Positions 1 to 11,276 of a DNA stretch of 64,000 nt are shown in pieces (the stretch's first letter is position 1; the number at the start of each line of letters is the position of its first letter). The position numbers were made by a program, and so were the translations under genes. Source of the DNA: Leucoraja ocellata (lineage: Eukaryota); NCBI GenBank assembly GCA_036785375.1, contig JAWMAR010000081.1, positions 7,564,001-7,628,000 of the forward strand, read 5' to 3'. The notes below the pieces were generated by a model. It was given only the letters and a program-made list of their open reading frames with translations, did no database searches and was not told where the DNA came from.

Positions 1-189
1 ACACAAGCTATGTATCAATCGGGCTTGATCACTAAGCATAATCTGCTGATCTTAGTTACTGTCTCTTGCTGAAGATAGACACAAAATATCGTCTCTTACC
101 ACTTTTTTTCCCTGAATGTAGAAGAGCAGAATTAACTATTCTTGACTTGGACCCAATAGTTTGATTTGAAGTGTGCTATGTACTATTTA

Positions 190-950
190 ATGGCAGATGG
201 ACTTCAATTTGGATTGCATTTTGGTAAGGCAAACCACGACAGGACAAAGTAAATGGTAGGGACCTGGGGATTATTGTAAGACAGAGATACCTATGGATAC
301 AAGTACATAATTCCTTGAAAGTTGGGTTGCAGGTAGACAGAGTGGTGAAGAAGGTACTTGGAATGCTTGCCTTCATTGGTCAGGGTATTGAATAGAGCAG
401 TGGGGACATCATGCTACAGCTATACAAGATGTTAGTAAGGCCACATTTAGTGTACAGTTCTGATCAGCCAGGAATAGGATAATGTCACTAAGCTGGACGT
501 TGTGCAAAATAAATAAGGATGTTACCGGGACTGGAAAATTTCAGTTATAAGAGGAGACTGCATAGGCTAGGTCTTTTTTCATTTGAATGTAAGGGGTTAA
601 GGGATAATTTTTATACATGTATAGAAAATCACAAGGGGTATAGATAAGGTGAATAACCACAGTCTTGCCCCAGGGTAGGGGGGTCCAAAACTAGTAGGCA
701 TAGGTTTGTGAGAGGGGAAAGGTTAAAAGGGACCTGAGGGGCAACTGTTTCATCTGGAGGGTGGTGTGTATATTGGACGAGAGGCGAGTACTATTTAAAA
801 TATACGTGGACACTTACATGGACAGGGAAGGTCTGGATGGATATTGACCAGGCGCGGGCAAATGGGACTGACTTGGTTGGATAACTTGGTTGGCATGGAT
901 AAGTTGGGCGGGAGGTACTGTTTCCACGCTTTGTAACTCTACGACACTAA
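190..950 (+). mobile_element. Degraded CR1-type LINE 3' fragment
   Basis: Decayed CR1 ORF2 C-terminal text (gtacataattccttgaaagt...gacagagtggtgaagaagg; gtaaggccacatttag) followed by a CR1-like tail; no intact frame; boundaries approximate. Confidence 0.7.
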
Positions 951-1144
951 GTGGAAGGAAGATTAAAAATAATATTTGCAAGATGGGAAAGGCAAGACTG
1001 ATGGAAGGGAGAAGTTTAGTTTCCTAGAGAAGGAGGAGTCTTGGGCTTGGCACAAGGGGAATACGAAGAGAGTGCCACATATATAGTTTGTGCCAATGAA
1101 CAGCAAGTTCTACTTTGACCTAAGACTATTTATTTATTTTTAAG

Positions 1145-1376
1145 GTTTATCACTTGCAAAGGATCTGGGCCTGCAAGTGTTCCATGCAGGTACAGCACAA
1201 AAGGATGGGAAAGTTGTCACCAGTGGTGGTCGAGTTCTTGCTGTAACTGCGATCAATAAGGACCTGATCAGGGCAGTAGAAGAAGCCAATAAAGGGGTAG
1301 AAATTATTCAGTTCCAGGATGCTGTTTACAGAAAGGATATTGCACATCGAGCGATTGCCTTCATAAAACAATCCAG
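1145..1376 (+). CDS. GART: GART exon (human exon 11 equivalent), C-terminus of GARS domain
   Basis: tttttaag|GT acceptor and AG|gtttgt donor; encodes LSLAKDLGLQVFHAGTAQKDGKVVTSGGRVLAVTA...YRKDIAHRA, the GARS/PurD C-terminal motifs; 232 bp. Confidence 0.96.
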
Positions 1377-1393
1377 GTTTGTGACTAAATGTA

Positions 1394-1399
1394 AATAAA
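1394..1399 (+). terminator. Candidate intronic poly(A) signal AATAAA overlapping in-frame TAA (1396-1398)
   Basis: Read-through of the donor gives ...QSRFVTKCK*; AATAAA overlaps the stop; further AATAAA at 2601-2606 and 2727-2732. Confidence 0.45.
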
Positions 1400-1418
1400 T
1401 ACTTTCTCAGTAGACATA

Positions 1419-2093
1419 GTCAATCAATAGTCAATAGTCAATTTAATTGTCATTTGGACCCCTTGAGGTCCAAACGAAATGCCGTTTCTGCAGCCATACA
1501 TTACAAACAAATAGACCCCAGACACAACATAATTTACATTTTACATAAACATCCATCACATTGCTGTGATGGAAGGCCAAAAAAAACTTATCTCTCCACT
1601 GCACTCTCCCCCCCCCCCCCCCCCCCCCCCGATGTCAAAGTCAAAGCCCCCGGCTGGCGATGGTGATTGTCCCGCGGCCATTAAAGCCACGCCGGGTGGT
1701 GCAAGATCGCACACCGGGTCTTGGTGTTTGAGCCCCCGGCGTGCGCTCGCAGAGTCCCGCGGCCATTCCAAGCCGCGCGGGGCGGTGATGTTAGGCCCCG
1801 CTCCAGGAGCTCTTCGACCCCGCAACTCGGGCGGGAGAAGTCTCCAGGGATCTGCCATCCGCAGACCCGCAGTAGCAGCATCCTAATCTCCGGAGGTCGG
1901 GCCGCAGCCGCAGCAGCAGCACTCCACCACCGCTCCACCCGCTCCGGACTCGGCCAGCTCCACGACGATGACAGTGAGTCATCGGCACCAGAGTCCCCGG
2001 TCTTCTTCTGTTGGAGGCCGCACCTCATTGCAGCCCCAACGACAACGGAGACCCGACAAGAAAAGGTCGGGTCTCCCGTGCAGGGAGAGATTT
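1419..2093 (-). mobile_element. GC-rich non-autonomous retroelement with Rex1/Babar-like tail
   Basis: Minus strand ends gcatttcgtt...atgacaattaaa plus (ttgacta)n; CpG-rich body and poly-C tract; no coding signal. Confidence 0.55.
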
Positions 2094-2219
2094 CTGCAGA
2101 TATAACTTCATCTGCTTCATGTTGTATTAAAGAGAAGTTTGCTCTGTAAATTACACAAACATTCTTTCCAATTCAACACAACTCGCTATGGTGCTTAGAT
2201 GTGTACATCAATGCAAGGT

Positions 2220-2382
2220 TAGAGGGTTAGATTTAGCTCTTGGGGCTAAAGGAATCAAGTGATTGGGGGAAAAAAGTAGGAACGGGGTACCGATTTTAGA
2301 TGATCAGCCACGATCATATTGAATGACAGTGCTGGCTCGAAGGGCCAAATAGCCTACTCCTGCACCTATGTTTCTATGTTTC
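2220..2382 (+). mobile_element. CR1 3' tail fragment
   Basis: gatcagccacgatcatattgaatg...ctcgaagggcc...cctactcctgcacc followed by (tttctatg) tail. Confidence 0.8.
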
Positions 2383-2812
2383 CAAGGTTTTTTGGAAATG
2401 CAAGGAATGCAAAATTGTAGACTATTTAATGCAAAAGATGGTTTAACAGTAGGTATTTTATAAATTATATAATGTGGGCATGTTATGTGCTTTTGAGCTC
2501 TGCTGACTAAACTAACCTGAGAATTTCTCCAACCTTGTTGAGTTAGCTGAATCTGGTCAGACCAGTTGTGAAGCTGCTGCATTTGGCTGCAGAACTCCTG
2601 AATAAACAGGAGAAAATTGCTGTTTCTTGCCTATAATCTCTTGTGGTGGATGGGATACGTGACGTGGCAGGGTAGAGCTTTATGGATTAAACGCTGCAGA
2701 TATCTCTGCAGATATAACTTCATGTCAATAAAGGATGAATTTTGAAATGGTTTATACTTCTCTGTATAACCTGCTGAACTTGCCCTTTAAATGTACCAAC
2801 TTCTCTCTACAG

Positions 2813-2907
2813 AGGATTGACATACAAAGACAGTGGAGTTGATATTGTGGCTGGAAATGCATTAGTCCATTCAATTAAACCACTTGCAGCAGCGACATCC
2901 CGACCAG
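2813..2907 (+). CDS. GART: GART exon (12), start of AIRS domain
   Basis: ctacag|A...G|gtaag; [31 protein letters not shown] is the PurM N-terminal motif; 95 bp, phases match neighbours. Confidence 0.96.
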
Positions 2908-2951
2908 GTAAGCTTGTGTCTCGACATGAATCGAACATCACCATCAACTTC

Positions 2952-3163
2952 AGAGATCGACTCAAAGCTGGAGTAACTCAGCGGGACAGGCAGCCTCTCT
3001 GGAGAGAAGGGATGGGTGACGTTTTGTGTCGAGACTGAAGAAGGGTCTCGTCCAGAAACGTCACCACTTCCTTCTCTCCAGAGATGCTGCCTGTCCCACT
3101 GAGTTACTCCAGCTTTTTGTGTCTATCTTCTATTTAAACCAACATCTGCAGTTCCTTCTTACA
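2952..3163 (+). mobile_element. Penelope pLTR-derived hairpin micro-element
   Basis: About 60-bp inverted arms (gctggagtaactcagcgggacaggcagc... / ...gctgcctgtcccactgagttactccagc); hammerhead-like core at 3035-3062; near-TSD caccat(c/a)aacttc at 2939-2951 and 3164-3176. Confidence 0.8.
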
Positions 3164-3196
3164 CACCATAAACTTCTGTGTGAGTGGCAAATGTAT

Positions 3197-3514
3197 TTTG
3201 TTTAGCTTAGAGATACTGCGTGGAAGCAGGCCCTTCGGCCCACCAGATCCACGCCGACCAGCGATCCCCGCACGTTAACACTATCCTACACATATTAGGG
3301 GCAATTTCTACATTTACAGAGCTAATTTACCTATATACCTGTACGTCTTTGGAGTGTGGGAGGAAACCGAAGATCTCGGAGAAAACCCACACAGGTCACA
3401 GGGAGAATGTACAAACTCCATACAAACAGCACCCGTAGTCAAGATCGAACCCGGGTCTCCGTTGCTGCAAGCGCTTAAGGCAACAACTCTACCTGTGCGC
3501 CACCGTGCTGCCCC
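3197..3514 (-). mobile_element. HE1-like tRNA-derived V-SINE
   Basis: Minus strand: tRNA head (ggttcgatc B box), V-domain (ggagtttgtacattctccc...ggtttcctcccacactccaaagacg), CR1-type tail and (taaac)n. Confidence 0.85.
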
Positions 3515-3725
3515 AGTATTTGAATAATATATTAGATTTAAACCATTAAATGGAACAATATCAAGATTGCATTATAGCCATCTCAAGTACAAATGCTGAG
3601 AAAAGGATGACATCAATGGGGAAATCAGTATGTTTATATGATTTGATCGCTTTTTTTGAAAAATGAAATAAAGTTATTTTCTGAGGATCGGCAAATGAAT
3701 ATATACAAAGCTCTGAAAATGGCAG

Positions 3726-3978
3726 TTTAGTTTAGAGATGCAGTGTGCAAACAGGTTCTTTGGCTCACCAAGTCCATGCTGACCATCAACCACCCATTCA
3801 TACTAGTTCTATGTTATCCTACTTTTGCATCCAATCCCTCCAGACTAGGAGCCAATCTTTGGGATGTGGGAGGAAACCGGAGCACGCAGAAGAAATCCAC
3901 GCAGTTACAGAGAGAACATGCAAACTCCACACAGACAGCACCTGGGGTCAGGATTGAACCCGGGTCTCTGCCGCTGTA
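3726..3978 (-). mobile_element. HE1-like V-SINE
   Basis: Same V-domain and tail as 3197-3514. Confidence 0.8.
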
Positions 3979-4211
3979 ATGCTGTGATACTGCAGGCCTG
4001 GAGTGGAAAACAGTATTTTTTGACTATATATTGTTGAGGAGAGATTGGAGGAAATTATGATAATTTATATTGATGAGGAATAAAAGTCACTTTGCTATTT
4101 GAGTAAACATGTGCCCGCGTTTCGTAGGGGAGATCTAATGAGTTCCAAGGTGTTGAATATGGGGGCAGATTTCATGTGACCCCTCGGTGACAAATCTTCT
4201 CCCGAAAGGTA

Positions 4212-4560
4212 ATAGAAAATAGGTGCAGGAGTAGGCCATTTGGCCCTTCGAGCCAGCACTGCCAATCAATGTGACCATGGCTGATCATCCAAATTCAGAA
4301 CCCCGTTCCTGTTTTTTCCCTCATATCCCTTGATTCCGTTAGCCCTAAGAGCTAAATCTATCTCTCTTGAAAACATCCAGTGAATTGGCCTCCACTGCCT
4401 TCTGTGGCAGAGAATTCCACAGATTCACAATTCTCTGGGTGAAAACATTTTTCCCCATCCCTGGTTCTGGATTCTCCCAACATGGGGAACATTTTTCCTG
4501 TCCAATCCCTTAAGAATATTACATGTTTCTATAAGATATCCTCTCATCCTTCTATATTCC
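4212..4560 (-). mobile_element. CR1 3' fragment
   Basis: tagaaaataggtgcaggagtaggcc...gctgatcatcc...ctccactgccttctgtggcagagaattccac. Confidence 0.85.
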
Positions 4561-4566
4561 TTCAGA

Positions 4567-4594
4567 CTGAAGAAGGGTCTCGACCTGAAACGTC
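4567..4594 (+). ncRNA. Minimal type-I hammerhead ribozyme core in Penelope pLTR fragment (element about 4561-4690)
   Basis: CUGAAGA-A-GGGU(CUCG)ACCU-GAAAC-GUC; palindromic ACGU helix III. Confidence 0.6.
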
Positions 4595-4834
4595 ACCTAT
4601 TTCCTTCACTCCATAGATGCTGCCTCACCCGCTGAGTTTCTCCAGCATTTTTGTCTACCTTCGATTTTCCAGCATCTACAGTTCCTTCTCAAGCTTTTGT
4701 AACTAAGTTACTTATGAAAAGGCAAAGTAATGAAGACACATTTTAATGCTCTGTTTAGGCATTGATGTGAAGTGGGCCAAAGTGGAAATTGAAATTTCCA
4801 ATAATGAGAAGTTTTTTTCTTTCTTTCTTCCTAG

Positions 4835-4944
4835 GCTGTAACGCTGAGCTTGGAGGATTTGCTGGCAGCTTTGACTTAAAGGCAGCTGGATACTCTGATC
4901 CAATCCTAGTCTCTGGAACTGATGGAGTTGGAACCAAACTTAAG
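4835..4944 (+). CDS. GART: GART exon (13), AIRS
   Basis: cctag|GC...AAG|gt; [36 protein letters not shown] contains the Pur[10 protein letters not shown] motif; 110 bp. Confidence 0.97.
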
Positions 4945-5016
4945 GTGTCAGTTGCACTATAACTGAAATAGAATTCTATTTTGCCCCAGTCACAGTGTTG
5001 TTCATGTTTATATTTA

Positions 5017-5978
5017 GGCTGTGGGCCGAGGAGCTTTATTCTGCAGTTTCGTGACCCAAGTCACCAAACTACATGAAATTTTCACATATTGTGTAAAATA
5101 ATTTATATAAATCACCCCTGAAACTCGATATGAAGAAGACTTGCACATTTTTTTATTAAATTAGAGAAAAAACGGAAAAAGTTCGGGATTTTTTTTAGTC
5201 CAATCAAAGCACATTTAACATTGAGTTGTCTGCCAGTTGGCCAATCACGCGCTTTGTTTCAGGCTAGCACACAACATGGCTGAGGGGGCTTCACAGATGC
5301 CTGTTTTACTGGAGATTCCGATGTGTTGTTCTGTGGAATAAATGTCGTGGAAACTTGCAGCAGGTAATTGTATTTAGTGGGAAAAGCATTAAAAAGGCTG
5401 AAGAAAGTGCTGCAAAGTGGATTAAAGTGCAAGAAAGTCTTCTTTGAAAGGTAAGACTATAGATAGATTTTCATAAATTCAGACTTTAGTCCTACCTTTC
5501 AGTTAGAGTTGATTCATGTGGGCCTTCTTTGTGTTCCAGCACATCAGCAGGGACTTTGAAGGCTTTCTTGCACTTTAATCCACTTCGCAGCACTTTCTTC
5601 GGCCTTTTTAATGCTTTTCCCACGAAATACAATTACCTGCTGCAAGTTTCCACGACATTTATTCCACAGAACAACACATCGGAATCTCCAGTAAAACAGG
5701 CATCTGTGAAGCACCATGTTGTGTGCTAGCCTGATACAAAGCGCGTGATTGGCCAATGGCAGACAACTCAATGTTAAATGTGCTTTGATTGGACTAAAAA
5801 ATTCCCGAAATATTTCCGGTTTTTCTCTAATTTAATAAGAATGTGCAAGTCTTCTTCATATCGAGTTTCAGGGGTGATTTATATAATTTTTTTTACGCAA
5901 TACACGATTCATGTAGTTTGGTGACTTGGGTCATGAAATCCTATTTCTAGACACATTTTTGATGCTCGGCCCACAGCC
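5017..5978. mobile_element. Fold-back non-autonomous DNA transposon (MITE-like)
   Basis: Termini TA|ggctgtgggccgag ... ctcggcccacagcc|TA; long inverted arms about 5047-5440 and 5561-5938 around a spacer of about 120 bp. Confidence 0.9.
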
Positions 5979-6019
5979 TAATTCTCATTCTATTCTTACT
6001 CCACGTTTTCTATGAGCAG

Positions 6020-6218
6020 ATTGCGCAGATGTGCAACAGACACGACACGTTGGGCCAGGACTTGGTGGCGATGTGCGTGAACGATATCCTTGCACAAGGA
6101 GCGGAGCCACTTTTCTTCCTCGATTACTTCTCCTGTGGTAAACTGGATGTAAGCGTGGCACAGACTGTGATTGCTGGCATTGCAGAGGCCTGTAAAATGG
6201 CAGGATGTGCACTAGTAG
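6020..6218 (+). CDS. GART: GART exon (14), AIRS
   Basis: gcag|ATT...G|gtaag; [42 protein letters not shown]; 199 bp. Confidence 0.97.
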
Positions 6219-7026
6219 GTAAGACTATCGTCAGTCCCTGAACCCTTGCATGTCAGATTTTATGTTATTCGGAAACGCCATCTCCTTCTTGAAATAACTC
6301 GCTGAGCGTGTTAACTATCTAGGTGGCATCCGGCTGTGTCCCGGGCCCTTTCTGTGGTGCGTCCCCTTTGAGTAAGCATTGCCGGCTTGAGTTCCATCTA
6401 GCCATTGGGGCACTTTCTGCAGCACACAGCCTTCTCCGTAAGCAGCGTTGCCAGCTTGTTTCCAATGTAAACTTGAGTGATCGTAGTTGTAGAAATTGCA
6501 AACTTCCTTGACTGCACTAGGGACAGAACTGTTTACGTAAGTGCGAGTTTACATAATTGCTTAAGTCATGGTGGCTGTACTGTCAAATGAATACAGGTCA
6601 AGACAGCCATAATTCTGGGACTTTGGTCTATGTCGGCACAATACAAGCCCAGTGAATGAAGCTTGTATTGGATCTGCTTTGCGTCAGTGAACTTGCGAGT
6701 GAGTGCATAACCTAATGGCGGGAGAGTTAGACACCAGTAAATATACTGGTAATTATGAACTGAATAATTTGAATGCCAAGTGAGATAATTATAGTTTTAC
6801 AAACCATTCAAAATTTGGGAATGTAATCTTGACTGGTGCTCCGGAATAGTACTAAGGGAGATTATTTATTAATGCCACGTGTACAGAGATACAATGAAAA
6901 ACTTTTGCTTTTAATGAAAAATGTCTTTGACAGGTTTTTTTTTCTCTCTCCCCTGTGTGTTGCTACCAGTTCTGTTTGCATTGTTAGCAGCAGGATTTTA
7001 TTCTCACATATCTGCCTGTTCTATAG

Positions 7027-7278
7027 GGGGAGAAACCGCAGAGATGCCGGGAATGTATTCCTCGGGGCAGTACGATCTGGCAGGCTTTGCGGTGGGAGCA
7101 GTAGAACGTGGACAGATGCTTCCAAAGCTGGAGCGTATCTGTGCTGGTGACGTTGTCATTGGCGTTGCTTCATCTGGTCTCCACAGTAACGGGTTTAGTC
7201 TTGTTCGAGCAATCCTGGAGAAGTCGTCTTCACATTGTTCCTCCCCAGCACCACCCAGCTATGGTTCTCAGACACTAG
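7027..7278 (+). CDS. GART: GART exon (15), AIRS
   Basis: tatag|GG...G|gtaag; [11 protein letters not shown]...[12 protein letters not shown]...[14 protein letters not shown]; 252 bp. Confidence 0.97.
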
Positions 7279-7329
7279 GTAAGAATTGATGTGAAAATAT
7301 AGTGGTGTGAAGACTTTCTGGGGGGGTTT

Positions 7330-7632
7330 GATTTGGTTTAGTTTAAAAATACAGCACAGAAACGGGCCCTTCGGCCCATCGAGTCAGCGCTGACCTGACC
7401 AGCGATCCCCGTACACTTGCATTATCCTACACACTAGGGACAATTTACAATCTTTACCAAAGCTAATTAACCTACAAACCTGTATGTCTTTGGAGTGTGG
7501 GAGGAACCCGGAGCACCCGGGGAAAACCCACGGAGAGAATGTACAAACTCCATACAGACGGTAGTCAGGATCGAACCCTGGTCTCTGGTGCTGTGAGGCA
7601 GCAACTGTACCGCTGCGTTACCATGTCACCCT
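7330..7632 (-). mobile_element. HE1-like V-SINE
   Basis: V-domain, B box (caggatcgaacc on +) and (gttta)n tail. Confidence 0.85.
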
Positions 7633-7709
7633 GTGTCAGTGTCTTCATTTTTTATGAATCCGTTTACATCGGGGAAACTAATTGAGACAGCAGATCAGAG
7701 TTGGTTCTT

Positions 7710-8142
7710 GGGATACTCGGTTTGTACTCGCTAGAATTTAGAAGATTGAGGGGGGATCTTATAGAAACTTACAAAATTCGTAAGGGGTTGGACAGGCTAG
7801 ATGCAGGAAGATTGTTCCCGATGTTGGGGAAGTCCAGAACAAGGGGTCACAGTTTAAGGATAAGGGGGAAATCTTTTAGGACCGAGATGAGGAAAACATT
7901 TTTCACACCGAGAGTGGTGAATCTCTGGAATTCTCTGCCACAGAAGGTAGTTGAGACCAGTTCATTGGCTGTATTTAAGAGGGAGTTGGATGTGGCCCTT
8001 GTGGCTAAAGGGATCAGGGGGTATGGAGAGAAGGCAGGTACAGGATACCGAATTGGATGATCAGCCATGATCATATTGAATGGTGGCGCAGGCTCGAAGG
8101 GCCGAATGGCCTACTCCTGCACCTATTTTCTATGTTTCTATG
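7710..8142 (+). mobile_element. Young CR1 LINE 3' end
   Basis: Open frame LGLYSLEFRRLRGDLIETYK...RTRGHSLRI...RVVNLWNSLP followed by (tttctatg)n tail. Confidence 0.93.
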
Positions 8143-9079
8143 ATACAACTTCATCTAAGCCCCTTGCCCTGTTAGATGCAGTGGTGTACTAATATTGCTG
8201 TTCTGATTTAAATACATTCATGGCGGCGCCTTAGACTGGTTTATCAAGGCAGCCTGCAAGCAACACACCACTAGATGCAACCTTCATCCAAAAGGTTGTC
8301 ATTACATCAGAATGGTTGGAGTGGTCTAAGACTGGCACAGACTTGCTGGGCCAAATGGCCTCTTTCTGTGTTGTAAGAAAATATGGGAAATATTCTGAGA
8401 AGCACTCTAGGGATCGTATGCCAGAATATTAAACAATTTTTGCTCTGACTTCCAGTTGAACAACAGAAACATTAATTTGTACATCTGTTGAACAAGGCAT
8501 GTTGGTGTTTTTAAATTTAAAATACTTTTGAATTCTTTGACTTCAAATTTGGTGATTTCACGTGAAATATTGCTTATTCTCTCTTTGGTTTCTGATATGT
8601 CTAATTACATTGAAAAACTATGCCTTTTTCTAATTTCCTGAGCTTTTCGAAGTCAATTAGAAATTGATATTTACTGGAATTCAACTCTCAAACTGAAGCT
8701 ACAAGTGATGGAAATATCAGGAGGGGTAGCATCTATGCAGAGTGTAGATTTGGTTAGTGACCTTTGGAACTAAGATGAAGTATTTCCAACTTTCCTGGTT
8801 TATTTCAGATTTATAACATCATCTGTACACGGATAGGAAAGATTTAGTGGGATATGGGTTTAACTTGGGGGTGTGGAGGGAGGGACTAGCCTAGATGGGG
8901 CATCTTGGTTGACATGCATGAGTTGGGCTGAAGGGCTTGTTTCCATACTGTTATGAGTATGCAGCATTTTTTTCCTGTGAATTATTGGTCAACAGTTTTA
9001 AAGTTGGTATTAAGTCATTTATAGCACTTGACAATAGAATATCTATTTGTCATTTTTTTCCCGTTAACCTTGTTTGTAG

Positions 9080-9232
9080 GAGAAGTGCTGCTCACACCAA
9101 CTCGAATTTATTCCAAGACCTTGCTGCCTATTCTGCGTCAGGGGCATGTGAAAGCCTACGCTCATATTACTGGAGGTGGACTGCTGGAAAATATTCCCAG
9201 AGTCCTTCCTGAAAAACTTGGTGTTGCATTAG
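9080..9232 (+). CDS. GART: GART exon (16), AIRS
   Basis: tgtag|GA...G|gtaag; [16 protein letters not shown]...[17 protein letters not shown]; 153 bp. Confidence 0.97.
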
Positions 9233-9869
9233 GTAAGATATACTACAGTGTGGTGTGTAATAGAAGCAGTCCATTCCTCCCATCATTTTCTGTATCTTGT
9301 TCAATGTCATTTCCATGGCAAGAGAAATTACTAAGCTTAATGTAAAGCTAATTTTGTAGAAAAGGAGATAAGGCACTTACATTATGTATGTTAGTAATAA
9401 CCGCTCTAGGAGAATGTGGAACTTTGGGATTGTGATTTAAATACCAATCTTACTGGATTTATTAAATTGTCCATCACTTTGGGTATCTAACAAGTTTGAT
9501 GATAAAATTCCCATTGGATGGTGCTAATCATGGCTTAAGACCAGAAGGTTGAAAGGCTTGTTAAATCACATGAAACTTGACTTGATTCACTGGACCAACT
9601 TCAAGAACTCTACTATAGGCATGGATTCTAATTCTGGGGATGAATTTGTGTTGCAATACAGTCAGTGTTGGAGATTAACTTCTGACACAGTTAATCCCTG
9701 ATATTATACAACCTAAGCTCTTAAATATTGTATCATCTTTTACAGTGAAATGACATACATTCCTCGCCTAAATATTCAGGGAAGGTCATATAAGCAAAGT
9801 GAAACACTGTGCTAAAGATTTATATTTTAAAAAAAAACTTACTTTGTTACTTCTGTTGATATTTAAAAG

Positions 9870-10073
9870 ATGCATCGCTTTGGAAGATTCCTGAAATATT
9901 TTCGTGGCTGCAAAGAACTGGTGCCCTTTCAGATGAGGAAATGGCTCGCACCTTTAATTGTGGAGTTGGAGCTGTGCTGATAGTGGACAAGGAGAATGCT
10001 GCAGACGTCCTGGGAAATGTACAAAGCCGCTGTGAGGCGTGGATCATTGGAACTGTTGTGCCGCACAAGACAG
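9870..10073 (+). CDS. GART: GART exon (17), AIRS C-terminus
   Basis: aaag|AT...G|gtttct; DASLWKIPEIFSWLQRTG...EEMARTFNCGVGAVLIV...AWIIGTV; 204 bp. Confidence 0.95.
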
Positions 10074-10228
10074 GTTTCTTACTATCTGTTAAATTTGTGG
10101 ACACCAGGGGGAGGTGCAGACAATGTCGGTTATTGGAATTCCTGTCTATTTTCAATTACTGAGTAGGATTAATGAAAAAACTCAGTGCTAATCTAAACTA
10201 GTTATTTGCTACTTTTTATGTTGGAAAT

Positions 10229-10864
10229 TTTTAGACTTTCGAGATACAGAGTAGAAACATAGGTGCAGGAGTAGGTCATTCGGCCCTTCGAGCCGAATAT
10301 GATCATGGCTGATTCATCCAACTCGGTATCCTGTATCCAACTCGGTATCATTCAATATGATCATGGCTGATCATCCAACTCGGTACCCTGTACCTGCCTT
10401 CTCTCCATACCCCCTGATCCCTTTAGCAACAAGGGCCACATCTAACTCCCTCTTAAATATAGCCAATGACCTGGCCTCAACTACCTTCTGTGGCAGAGAA
10501 TTCCAGAGATTCGCCATTGTGTGAAAAATGTTTTTCTCATCTCGGTCCTAAAAGATTTCCCCCTTATCCTTAAACTGTGACGCCTTGTTCTGGAGTAGAA
10601 ACGAGTCCTTCGGCCCACTGAGTCCGAGCTGACCTATGATCACGCGGACACCAATGCTATCCTTCCTGTACGCTGGGGTCAATTTACAGAAGTAAGTTAA
10701 CCTACAAATCCATACGTCTTTGGAGTGTGGGAGGAAACCGGAATACCTGGAGAAAACCCATACGAACGTACAAACTCCATACAGACAGCAGTCGTAGTCA
10801 GGATCGAACCCAGGTCTCTAGTGCTGTAAGGCAGCAACTCTACAGCTGCACCACCAAGCCACCC
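10229..10864 (-). mobile_element. V-SINE interrupted by a CR1 3' fragment (10259-10592)
   Basis: SINE halves on either side; CR1 flanked by 10-bp TSD gagtagaaac (10249-10258 and 10593-10602). Confidence 0.85.
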
Positions 10865-11132
10865 TAAATCATTAATGTGGTGTTGAAAGTGACCAGGAAT
10901 CTTTTTTTTTTCTTCTTTTCTTTGCCTGTTTAAATGTACCCATTCTCATGAGGAAATGTGTAAGAAGGCTGCTAGTGTTTATTTCAAGGGCTGGATTACT
11001 GTACTCCTGCTACTACTATGTTCTTAACCAATGTTTGGGGTTAAGGAGACCAACAAAGGTTTTGAAGGTTACACAGAAAAGCTGGAGAAACTCAGCGGGT
11101 GCAGCAGCATCTATGGAGCGAAGGAAATAGGC

Positions 11133-11160
11133 AACGTTTCGGGCCGAAACCCTTCTTCAG
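11133..11160 (-). ncRNA. Minimal hammerhead ribozyme core in Penelope 3' pLTR
   Basis: Minus strand CUGAAGA-A-GGGU(UUCG)GCCC-GAAAC-GUU. Confidence 0.6.
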
Positions 11161-11276
11161 ACTGATCGGGGATGGGGGTGGGTGGGGACAAGAAAGGGAA
11201 AAGGAGGAGTAGCCAGAAGGCTGGAGGGTGGGAGGAGACAGCAGGGGAGCTGAGGAAGGGGAGGAGACAGCAAGGA

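Noticed and set aside
1454-2149. Several overlapping 65-142 aa ORFs
   Set aside because: GC-rich repeat body, open in many frames, low-complexity translations, no splice context
6639-6670. 10-bp perfect hairpin caatacaagc/gcttgtattg in a GART intron
   Set aside because: Too short for a pre-miRNA, no snoRNA boxes, plausible by chance
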